DNA of 58,265 nt, filler included, from Jimgerdemannia flammicorona (lineage: Eukaryota): assembly GCA_003990765.1 (NCBI GenBank). It is 2 parts of 2 records of this genome, joined end to end, with 100 filler letters (N's around TTAATTAATTAA, not from the genome) between each part and the next. Parts side by side here need not be neighbours in the genome. Positions count along the whole stretch, not along the records: positions 29,190 to 58,265 come from RBNJ01000521.1; 1 more part is not named here. One strand, written 5' to 3'. A model generated the notes under the pieces. That model was given only the letters and a program-made list of their open reading frames with translations, was not told the origin of the DNA and did no database searches. Position numbers and translations under genes: made by a program. Shown one piece after another: positions 48,038 through 58,265 of the stretch (its first letter is position 1; the number at the start of each line of letters is the position of its first letter).

Positions 48038-49210
48038 GTAGAAGAGTGTGTATAAGGGGGACGAATAAAGAACATAACCGAAAATGTATCAGCCATTTAT
48101 TGCCATGTAAAAACGTGGTCCTTATATACAAAATATGATGTCCCAAAAGGGAGGATGCACCACAACTCAGGGCGAACCGAATTAGGAACCACATGACCAC
48201 TGGAGATAGGCGGAGATAAAGGGAGAGCCAATCCCAGTTGCAGGATAAAAATCACAAACAAACACAAACAAAACAAATCCAAATCGAGATTAAAAAACAT
48301 CTGCAGACCCCGGAGGGGTGAGTGCGAGCGAGGGGTGAGGCTGAAACGGAGTGAGCTGCAGCAAGCCTGAGCGAAGCAAGGGGCCGAAGGCAGCGGAGGG
48401 GAGCGGAGTGAGGCCGAGACCCCAGAGTGAGCGCGAGACCCCAGAGGGGGCAAGGATGTTTTTTAATCTCGATTTGGATTTGTTTTATTTGTGTTTGTTT
48501 GTGATTTTTATCCTGCAACTGAGATTGACTCTCCCTTTATCTCCGCCTATCTCCAGTGGTCATGTGGTTCCTAATTCGGTTCGCCCTGAGTTGTGGCGCA
48601 TCCTCCCTTTTGGGATGTCATATTTTGTATATAAGGACCACACTTTTACATGGCAATAAATGGCTGATGCATTTTTGGTTATGTTCTTTGTTTGTCCCCC
48701 TTATATATGCTCTTCTACATGTCTTTCATTCGCTTTGACACTGGCTCTGGATTCGCTCCCTTGGCTTCCGCTGGGCCTTCTTCCTCCTCGGGGGTATTGG
48801 AAATAAGTAGTTGACTTTTGAATAGACTCTGACCATTTGGATTGGGCTCACTGGACATTAGCTCTATATATTTGAAGATGGACAGCACTTAGTATTTGGG
48901 GTATAAGTTGTACAATGAGAGTGGTTATTACTGGACATTCTGAATAGTTGGTGGCAGGGGTAGGGACCTAGAGGGAGAACTTGTAGGAGACTTGTAGAAT
49001 GTATTTGTGAGAAGAGTAGAGGGAGGATTGGGGTCACTGGGAAGTTAATATCTCTTTAGAGAGGGAGGGGGAGGGGAGGAAGAGAGGGTTCTGTGTAAGA
49101 TTGGGTAAAGAGTATATTGGTACTTTTGTATTAATAGAATGTAAATTGGATGATAATTAGTAATAAAGTGGAAGTCCAAGTGACTATAAAAAAAAAAAAA
49201 AAAAAAAAAA

Positions 49211-52200
49211 GAGAAGTAGCTATAGAAAATACTTAAGAATGTGGTAGCAGAGGAGCTGAGAGTGGGGGGGGGAACTTTAGAGTACTGAGTGAGAGGTACT
49301 GAGGTGAAATCCTGTATAGTAAGAAGATATTGCAGAAACTCCAGGATGAGACAATAGTAGCTTTGTTGGAGGCTGAGGTATATTAAATAGATGATGACAG
49401 AGAGGTAGCTCTTCTAGTAATTTCAAATGATAGAGCTGTATATATATGAGATCCAAGAAAGGGGCTGACAAAGTGGTAGATAGTGTGTAAAGAGTACCAG
49501 ATGGAGATTGAAGCTATGGATAGTGTGGATTGTCAGGAGATCTTAGAGATATTAAAGGCTCAGTAGAGAGAAGTAGATGAGCTTGAGGCAGAGAGAAATC
49601 TAGATATTGTAGGAGATATAGTAAGTATGAAATTATAGAGTGGATGGCTATTCTTCCAATAATGCTATTTAATATGAATAGTATAACTAGAATTTTATCT
49701 TTAAATATCAATAGGCTATAAGGAGTGATAAGGCATCAAAATATCTTTAGATAGCTAAAGGAGATAGATGCAGATTTATTCCTACTATAAAATATTAGAT
49801 ATAATAGAGACTTGGATATTCTGAACTAGATGAAGGAATGGAGTAGTGTGGCTATTTGGTGTAGACATATGGACATTCTAGTTGAGAAGAATAAGGAGAA
49901 CATTGGAGATATTAGATATTGGGGGAGTAGAGTAGTGTAGAGAGTTTGGAAGAGACCAGGCTAGAGGCTCTTGATGATAGAGTTGTATTATTGTCCAGCA
50001 GAAAGAGGGGAGAGAGTGAAATGGATTTGAGGACTACAAGAGTCTAGAGTGCTGATAGAGGTGGGGATTGACTGTCTAGAGAGAGACTTTAATATAATAT
50101 ATAATAAAAAGATAGACAGAACTGATTGGAGAAAGAGAATGGCTAATAGGAGTAGTGGTATGGAATGGAAGGAAGTCAAATGTCTGAGCTCATTAGTGGA
50201 TGCTGGGAGGCTTAGATGGAGAATTATAGAGTCTATACTTACTGAGTGGTAGGGCTGGACTTGAGGATCAACTGGATGTTGACTGCTGAATACTGGAGAG
50301 TTGATATCAAAACTTTGAAAACTATTTGATGTCTGTGGTCAGATCACTGGAGTCTTCTAGGTGGGGAGTGTTTTGGGGGAAGCAGGGAGGAGCCTGGACA
50401 TTAGTATCTAAATATCTCTTTGCTAAAAGAGGTCTCTCTATGAGATGCATGAGTAGTAGATATTAGCTCCAAGATACTTGGTTGGAGAGTAGAGGGGCTG
50501 ATGATTGGAGATTGCTGAAAGAGATTGAAATCTGATATATAATAATACTGAGGGAAGATAGGAAAGATGCAGGGTACTCAGAGGAAGAAGCAAGTGAGGT
50601 GGGTCTCTTAGAGGTTGGCAAGATTGTTGGTATCTTGGGTAGATCTGTTGAATGATGATAAGAAGGGGAATTGGAGAATACAGTAGATTAGGCTGGAGGT
50701 GGAGAAGTTAAAGAATATACTGAGACAAGAAGAGAACCTATAGGTTAAGGATATGGTAGCCTGGTTGAGATAGCAGGAGTTAGAGGAGAGAGAGAGGCCT
50801 ATCAAATTTTTGTTATAGCTTTTGTAGATAAGGAGAGTATGGCAGCAGTAGGAGGAAGTCTTGGATGAGACTGAGAGATTGGTTGTTGAGATACTGGAGA
50901 TTTTGAACTAGTTGAGCAAACAGTGGGGGTGATTGTAGAGTAAGGAGAAAGGGGGGATAAGAGTACAGGACATTGAAAGATATCTGGAGGACAGCACTCT
51001 AATCTGGCAGAGAGCTTAGGTGACCTTAGTGCTTCTGTCTAAGGAGAGGAGATTCAGCATGTACTGATGATGATGAGCTCAGGAATAGTACTAGAGAAAG
51101 ATGGCCTACTGTAGGACTTTTGAAAAAAGATAGCAGGAGTTGAGTTAATTCTAGAGGAGATGATAGTAATATGCAAGGAGGTTATTAGTTCAGGAGAGTA
51201 GATTGGGAGATAGTGCTTAGGTCTAGTAGCTCTACTGTTTAAGAATAAGAGAAGAAGAGAGGAGTGGAAAAACTAGAGGCTAATTATGCTTCTAGATATA
51301 GATTACAAACTAGTTATAAAGATACTAATGACTAGACTACAGAGAGTAGCTCAGCAGGTTCTGGGGGCTGAGCAGCAAGGATTCATAAGAGATGTCTGAT
51401 CAGAGATAAGACAGCCTGAGTATATAGTGTTATTAAAGGAGTTTATACTACTGGGGTAGATGGAAGACTGGGTTTTTTGGACCAAAAGAAGACTTATTAC
51501 AGGGTCCAGCAAGTATGGTTAGAAGGAGTGCTAAAGTATATAGAGATCTCCAGTGAGCCTTGATCAGTCTACTGAAAGGGAGTCAGGTAGCAATCATGGT
51601 AAATGAATACAGAGGAATTTTATTCTCTCTGAGTAAAAGAGTACTGCAGGGAGATCCACTATCACTGATCTTATATATATTGTCCCTAGAGCCTTTTTTA
51701 GACAGAATAAGATAAAAGGTGGGGGGGTTGGACATTCTGGGAGTTAATTGGAAGGTAGGGGCCTTTACTAATGATATGGTGGTTGGGTTGGGATTAGTGG
51801 AAGATGTAGCAGTACTAAAAGGTACAGTAGAGTGATATGAGAGATACTTGAGTACTAAGCTTAACTGATATAAGTATGAGACTTTGGTATTAGAAGAAGG
51901 AATAATAAGTGGAGATATAATTAGAACAATTGTCCCTATAGGTGAGACTGTTCACTATCTGAGAATCTACTTTTTGATATATAGCTCTTTATTACCTTGT
52001 GAATAGTAGAAGCAATAGTTAATAGAGTAGAAGAGTACTCTCTTAGAGTGGGGTGATCAGTATATATCTCTGGTAGGAAGGGTGACTGTACTGAATATAT
52101 ACTGATTGCCTAAGCTATAGTATCTGGAATACCACTTAGACTTTCTGATATAGATGGTTAAGAGATTGTTAAAAATGACCAAGATTTGAATATAGGTAGA

Positions 52201-52661
52201 GTGATAGAGTCAGATTAACTAGAAGGTATTGACCTTGTCAGTGGATTTTGCCAAGCATCTTTATTACTTAAGGGTATCATGGCTGAAGTGAGCTAGTAAG
52301 TTGAGAGATAGAGAGTAGGTTTCCCTAATATAGAAGGTGTGGAAGGCCTGGTTCTCCCTCTGTAGTATGACTGGAGATCTACTATCTCTGGTAGCTTTAG
52401 AGGAGAGTCAGAGGATATGTTATAGGAGATTCTGGTAGGGGGTAGTAGATGAGACTCACTATATTAGTCTCTAATAGTAGAGTGATAAGGGAGAGAAAGA
52501 ATAAAGACTTGTAAGACCATCTTCTGTTGGATAGGGTGCCAGTAGATAACTTTTGCTTAGAGAATAATATAGAGTACCTTCAGGAGTATGAGAGAGATCT
52601 ATAGTCTGAGGTATAATAGAGGGTGGAGATTGGAGAAGAGTGAAACTAGAATAGTATTTAG
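49211..52661 (+). mobile_element. Older degenerate L1 copy that hosts the two flanking L1 insertions
   Basis: ORF2 start MNSITRILSLNIN at about 49673, DFN, WSDHW, QGDPLSLILY, AFTNDMVVG. Cut at 52661 by the poly(T) of the next copy. Confidence 0.9.
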
Positions 52662-52744
52662 TTTTTTTTTTTTTTTTTTTTTATAGTCCCTTGGACTCTG
52701 TCTTTATTACCAGTCTATGAATAAGTATACAATATCACCACCCA

Positions 52745-55700
52745 CTATCCGATCTCCATCAGGTGGCCCCACCCCACCTCGTCACATATAAAGACCACCC
52801 TCTCACCAACAACTCCAACTCTCCCACTACTCTGACCACAGATTTTCACCACCAAGCGGCGCCTCCGACCCCCCTGCAGCCCCCAACCAAGCCACCAGCC
52901 TGTCAAGGTATCCTCCATAAGGAACTGCCACCTTGCTAACCGGCTCCCCAAGCTCGGTCGCTTCTCCTCCTCAAACACAAATAGCTAGTGGCTGGCCAAC
53001 CCAATCCAAATAGCCAATGCCCAGCCTAGAGTAATCCACTCTTCCCCAACCCCTCCTATCAATCGATCCCTCAGGTCCTCCCACCTCCTCTGTACATCAT
53101 CACTCCTACGCCTTACCCCCAAGTGGTCCCCAACAGCCTGCCAAAAATCTCCCAACACCTCACACTCCCCTAGCCAATGTTCTGGTATCTGTACCAATCC
53201 CCCTACCTGCCCGACATTATGGCACTCCTCGCAGTCAAAGCAGTCCCCTACAACAAGGTGTCCTGAGCAGAAGTTAAGCATTACATTCCTCCTCAGTACA
53301 CGCCACCAGACTATCCAGTACTTCAGCAGTATCCAATTTTTCACTGCGGCACTCCAGGTCCAAACCCCCTGCCAGTTCCACTCCTCACCAATTCCAACTC
53401 CTTACCAACCACTAGGCCACAGATCCTGGCCTGGACCCCTTTGACATTCAATGCCATCACTAATGTTGAACTCCAGTAAAGGCATGCCTCTCAGAAGAAT
53501 GCTATTCCATCTCCACATCACCGGGTCCCAAGCTCTCTCTCCCTCATCCCCTCGCCAGCGAATACCAATGCAGTGTGCCCCCTCGGCTATCCTCCACCAG
53601 AAGCCTTTATATCTCAGTTGCACAGTATTCTGAAGCCCAACCAATGAAAGAAGATCACCAGTCAAGCCTCTAGGTGACATCCACCTCTCCCATATCTTCT
53701 GCAGCAGAGGGACCCAGCCCCCTCCATGCAACTCTACTGCCCTCCTCAGCCACCAAGCCCTCAAGCAGTGTAGTCATTTGGGGAAGTCCACCAGCCCAAG
53801 ACCACCTCTCACCACCGGTAGGGACAAAGTCTCCCAACCAATCTGACTCCGTCTGCCAGCCCAAATCCATCCCTTGGCCATCTTCACCAATCTCTTCACT
53901 ACCCAGGCTGGGAAGTCCAGATGATAGGCCAAATACCACAGCTTTGGCAGCCAGTATACATTCAAAATCGAGATCCTTTCTGCTAGTGAGAAGTGTCGAC
54001 CCCCCCAACCCCGCAGGTCCTCCTCCCAAATTCCAATCCTCTGCTCCCACCACAGCCTGGGTAAAACAGACCCATAGACCAACAAATAGATGCCCAAATA
54101 CCACACTGTCTCTCTGGTGGGGACAATTGTTCCAATAACTTCTCCACCCACCAAGCCATTGCCCAGCACCATTGTTTCACACTTGTGCCAATTCAGCTTC
54201 GCCCCAGAGTTCTCCTCATACCACTCCACTGTCTTCCGGAGCTCCTCGACATCCACAGTCACTCCCAAACCAACCACCATGTCGTCCACAAAGGCTCCAA
54301 CTTTCCAGCCAATGCCATAGATAGAGAGCCCCACAATCTTCTGCCAAATCCTGTCCATCAGAGGTTCCAAGGAAAGAGCATACAAAATGGGGGACAGTGG
54401 GTCCCCCTGGGGCACTCCCCTACCCAGAGGGAAAGCCACCCCTTGATGCTCATTGCACACAAGCGCAGCCCTACTCCTTTCCAGTAGGCTGACCATAACC
54501 AACCGAAATGGGCCTGGAACTCCAATTCTATCCAATACTTTCACCAGCCAGACTCGCCGTACCCGGTCATAAGCCTTCTCCTGATCCAAGAAGACAAGAT
54601 GCCCATCTAGTCCACAGGCTCAAGCACCTTCAATAACTCCATATACCCAGGCCATGCCATCTCTAATAAGCTGACCCCCTATGAAGCCCCTCTGCTCAAC
54701 ACCCACAATTTGCTGGGCTATCTTCTGTAGCCTTGCAACCACCACCTTAGTCACCAACTTCCTGTCCATATCTAGCAACATTATCGGTCACTAGTTCTTC
54801 CAGTCCTCTCGCCTTCCCTTGTTCTTATAGAGCAGTGTCACCAGCCCAAGGTCTTGCTCCCCCACTCATCTCCCTGACCACAATATAGAGTCACACAGTG
54901 CTGTCAACTCCCTCAATATGCCCGGAACTCCAACCATTTGCTTCCAGAAGTCCCAAGGGAGGCCATCCTCCCCAGGTGCCATACCCGAGGCTATCACGGC
55001 AAGAACCTGGTGGATCTCGTCCTCCTTTACAGGCATCACCAGGTCACCTAGTTCCTCAGCTTGTGGTGGGTGCCAATCTTCTAATATTTGGTCAATGGCT
55101 GTAACATCCACCCCACCCTCCTCCTCACTCCACAATCCACTCCATCATACCTTCAGCGTTCCAAGGATGTCCTGTACACCATGTACTAGTACATCATCCG
55201 AGTTAAGTACCCCTTCCCACTGCTGCTGTATCCTTCTCGCTCGAAGTGTCCTTGTGAGAAACTTGGAAGGCCTCTCCCCTTCCTCCAGCCTCTGTCAATG
55301 AAGCCGTGCCACCAGGCCTTGCACCCTTGACTCTTCCTCTTCCCGTAGCACCTGTTGCAGTTCCCCAACCTCCATCCTTACCCTCGTTATTCTCCAATCC
55401 TCTTCTCCCTCCACTGCCGCCAGTCTCACCCACTCCTCCAGGAGCCTAGCCAATCTAGTAGAAGCCCAACACACCTTCTGCCTTCGCTGCTTCTCAGCCA
55501 CTCTGCCAGCCTCGCTCCAATACATCCTGGCCATCTCTTTCATCCTCATCCACCGAACCCCAATCACGGCCCCTTCCTGCCGCCAATTCGCCACCTTCAG
55601 CTGAATGTCTTTCGCCCACTCCTCCCAACAGGCCTCATCATCCAACAAGGAGGAATTTAGGTGCCAATGTCCAGGCCCATCCCTACTTCCCCCAAAACAC

Positions 55701-56401
55701 CCCTGTCCCAAGAGGCCCCAGTGATCTGACCACAGACACCATTCTACCTCTAACATCTTCCAAACATTGTGGCCCCAACAGTTGGCTGTCAGAATCCAGT
55801 CAATCCTTGTCTCCAGATCTCCAGCCCAATGCATATATACCCTCCTGTCCCCCCAGTGCTCCCTACCAGCATCCACTAGTGCTCCTAGCCATTCAACCTC
55901 CTCCCACATCGCTAACCCCCCACTCCTGCTCTCCGCACCCTATCCTCCATCAGTTCTATCCATCCATGTATCCCGAACCATATTGAAATCTTCTCCAAGC
56001 ATATCCAACTCAGCTTCAGCAAGGATCCTACTCTCCAGGAGCCCTTTCACCCAATCCACATGCTCCCCCTGCACAGCAGGACAGTAATAGGAGCCAATAG
56101 TGACTGGCTTCCAACCTGCACAAATCCACTCACCCCAGACCAGTCTCTCCCCCCAGCTCCTCACATCCTTTATCTCCCCTCTGCCTTTCTGAACCAGAAT
56201 CCTGACCTTGCTATTCCAAATTACCATACCACCCCATTTCTTAGTCCATTCCATCCTATCAGTACTATCCTCGCACCTGATATCCTGTAAGAGGAAGAGA
56301 TTGGCCTCCAATCCCTTCAACCAAATAAAAATATTCCTGTGTCGAACCGTGCTCCTCAGCCCATTCACATTCAAAGAATAAATGTTGGTTGTACTGTTCA
56401 T
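52745..56401 (-). pseudogene. L1 ORF2: APE endonuclease, RT, C-terminal CCHC
   Basis: YSLNVNGL, LLQD, GEDFN, TRIDWIL, WSDHW, APGEDGLP, DQEKAYDRV, GVPQGDPLSPILY, AFVDDM, YLGI, GGLGL, CEEC..EHWLGEC. Several stops and frameshifts. Confidence 0.93.
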
Positions 56402-56429
56402 AGTAAAATACGGTTTGTTCTCAATCAAT

Positions 56430-58216
56430 CCCTACTGCTCCATGCCCCTCTTCTCCTGTGCTGTGTCCAAATTATGTTCTGCCATCACCTCCTCCTCTTC
56501 AGCCCTCTGAGCCTCCAGTCCAGCCAACAGCTCATTCATCTCCTCATCAGCCTTCTCCTCAAACTCCTCTCGGTACTCGATGCAAGCCTCCTGCCAAAGC
56601 TGCAACCCATGACACCTGTTTCAACAGTACTCAGCCTTCTCCCCAGCAACCACCACCAACTCTGCCTCCCTCTCCTTATCCACCTCATACCCTTCCTCCT
56701 CCAGATACACTGTGAGGATTTCCACCTTCAGCACCATCGCCACTCCTTCCCCCTGCAAAATTCTCATCCAGTGCTTGTCCCCCATCCCATGCAAGTCCAC
56801 CTCCCCCAGCTCTTCTGCCGCCAGGTTGTTCATCATCCAGCACATCCAAAGTAGGTTCCCCACCTCCTTTCCACCAGGGGTCACTGGCCTCCCTCCATCC
56901 AGCATTGTGGTGTCAGCTCCCGCACTCGCATCCTCATCCCATACCTCTGGGACATCCACTAGTTCCTCCTCCCCTGCCATCACTACTCGGTCCCCATCTA
57001 GTACCTCTGGAATGCTGAATTTCACCTGCTGGGTCCCCAGCATCATCGCGTCCTCCTCAGACTTGTTCCTGGAAGCCGGGCCATGCCTGATAAGAGGGGA
57101 AGGGGTGGGGGAATTCTCCCAGACTTCATCCCAAACCTCCAAGGTGCTGTCAGCATATAGGTCGCTAATCTTTTCCTCCTTAGCCTTCCCTGACTTTGCC
57201 CCATCATTCCCACTCCTCTCACCAGCCCAGACACTCGCTCTGGCCCCTTCTGCACTCATCTTCATGCTCGCATCCTTCTGTGGTCCACCCCCCAGCTTAG
57301 CCAGCAGATCCTTCTGCCTCTTCTGCCTCTGAGCCCTTTCCCACTGCACCTTGTCCACTCAAATCCTCTTTCCATCCACCACCTCCAGGAGCATCAACTC
57401 CTCAAAAGTCTTCCAGGCCTTAGCTCACCATTCCACAGCCCCATCTAGCTCCTCCAGTGCTTCCAATAAATCTTCCTCCTCTTCTTCACTTTCTTTCACC
57501 CATGTCACCTTGTACAGGAAAACTCCCCAGACCAACACCGAAGGCCAGTCCCTCATCTTCCCGGTAGCCTCTTTCCCAGCCAACCAAATCCTCACATCCA
57601 CATCCCTAGTCCTGAGTGTGGTCCCTTCCCAGACCCTGAATCCAATATCCACCACCTCTCCATACTCCACCATGACATCCTCCACTCTCTTCCTCGTCTC
57701 CATTGCCGTCACCATGGGTACTCCCTTCACCAGCAGTTGGACTACCCTTGGATCCCATTTCAGACACCTCGCCATTGGAACACACACCTCCCCAACCACC
57801 AACCCAACCTTCAGTGCCTCCTCCAGTGGTTCAACCTCCTCAAATCCCACCTCCACCCCCTCCAGTCCCTTCAGAAACTTCACCAAAGCCGCTCCCACCA
57901 CCTGCTTAGCGATAAGCCCCAACACCATTTTTGCCATCACTACTAAGCCCCGGAAGCACAGCGTGACTGCGAACACTGAGATCGACTTCTTGAGTAATGG
58001 AGCCACCGCCAGTCCCATTACACCATCCACCAGGTCTCCGGGCCTTGTGCCCTTCCCACCACTCGGCTCACCATCAGCAGTCCCATCTAGATTTTTTTCC
58101 AGATCACCCATCACACCCCCATCAGCAGTCCCCACCCCAGCTGCTACCCCCCCAGCTCCACTCCTATGGCCTGCTAGAGAGGAACCCCCAAGAGGTTGCT
58201 GCCTGGAAGCCGCCAC
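56430..58216 (-). pseudogene. L1 ORF1
   Basis: ORF pieces 57425..58216 and 56621..57358 lie directly upstream of ORF2 and are homologous to 25592-27540. Confidence 0.85.
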
Positions 58217-58265
58217 CAGTACCTTCCCCCCTCTCAGCCAGCTCTCCAGTCCAGCTCCCTGTCGA

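Larger units (their letters stand above)
44321..48789 (-). mobile_element. Penelope-like element (PLE), endonuclease-less, 4469 bp, with direct pseudo-LTRs and 336-bp terminal inverted repeats
   Basis: PLE-type RT motifs. Repeat X at 44321-44656 and 47967-48302, inverted at 48454-48789. Repeat Y at 44657-44807 and 48303-48453. Precise insertion into L1 ORF2 with no TSD. Confidence 0.9.
40443..49210 (+). mobile_element. Degenerate L1-clade LINE (ORF1 end, APE, RT, C-terminus, poly(A)) interrupted by the Penelope-like element
   Basis: ORF2 start MNSTTRIFSLNIN at about 40988, FLDQEKAYDRV, GVPQGDPLSLILY, FADN. The frame RLV|GGIGN is rejoined across 44320/48790. AATAAA, then A23 at 49188-49210. 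Confidence 0.92.
52662..58265 (-). mobile_element. Best-preserved L1-clade LINE; 5' end lies beyond the window
   Basis: T21 at 52662-52682 and a minus-strand AATAAA at about 52703-52708. ORF1 and ORF2 are present in long pieces. CpG partly retained. Confidence 0.95.

Noticed and set aside
46945..48096. 383-aa Pro/Leu-rich ORF and other overlapping ORFs in the PLE and L1 copies
   Set aside because: They are alternative or antisense frames kept open by strong C-rich or purine-rich strand bias and have no motifs.
48060..48110. Possible hammerhead ribozyme in the pseudo-LTR (CTGATGC/CTGATAC on the sense strand)
   Set aside because: It does not match the CUGANGA core and has no suitably placed GAAA. 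A covariance-model search would be needed to exclude variants.
44321..48789. DIRS-like or DNA-transposon interpretation of the inverted-repeat element
   Set aside because: The RT motifs (DKN.G, PKVHK, GIAMG, RYIDD, FLDL, S.HP thumb) are Penelope-type. No tyrosine recombinase, RNase H or DDE transposase is visible.
49211..49260. Sequence after the L1 poly(A) resembles 40531 onward, as if it were a TSD or tandem duplication
   Set aside because: The similarity is ordinary homology between two L1 copies. The upstream copy extends further 5' (31632-32095), so no special junction is demonstrated.

Overview
Eukaryotic DNA, probably fungal (inferred from element types and mutation pattern). The window is a gene-free, deeply nested transposon cluster heavily eroded by C-to-T/G-to-A transitions. 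No intact host gene, rRNA, tRNA or CRISPR is supported. It contains: (1) four Ty3/Gypsy families: A (near full length, 10646-20646, PR-dUTPase-RT-RH with a separate IN ORF), B (2-kb LTRs, Gag-dUTPase-PR-RT-RH-IN, split by an inversion), C (chromovirus 3' end) and D (3' end only); (2) several L1-clade LINE copies, the best preserved at 52662-58265 on the minus strand; (3) a Ty1/copia gag remnant; (4) three hAT-type palindromic MITEs with 8-bp TSDs; (5) an unidentified poly(A) retroposon with an 18-bp TSD; (6) a young 4469-bp endonuclease-less Penelope-like element (44321-48789). A 100-bp assembly gap with an artificial linker lies at 29090-29189. Two signals stand out. First, a homologous uncharacterised accessory ORF is carried by three LTR-retrotransposon families, inside the LTR in two of them. 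Second, the Penelope-like element has 336-bp terminal inverted repeats ending at the same nucleotide, no TSD, and a 151-nt cluster of cGNAg mini-hairpins on its cDNA strand. All alignments and translations were done by eye.
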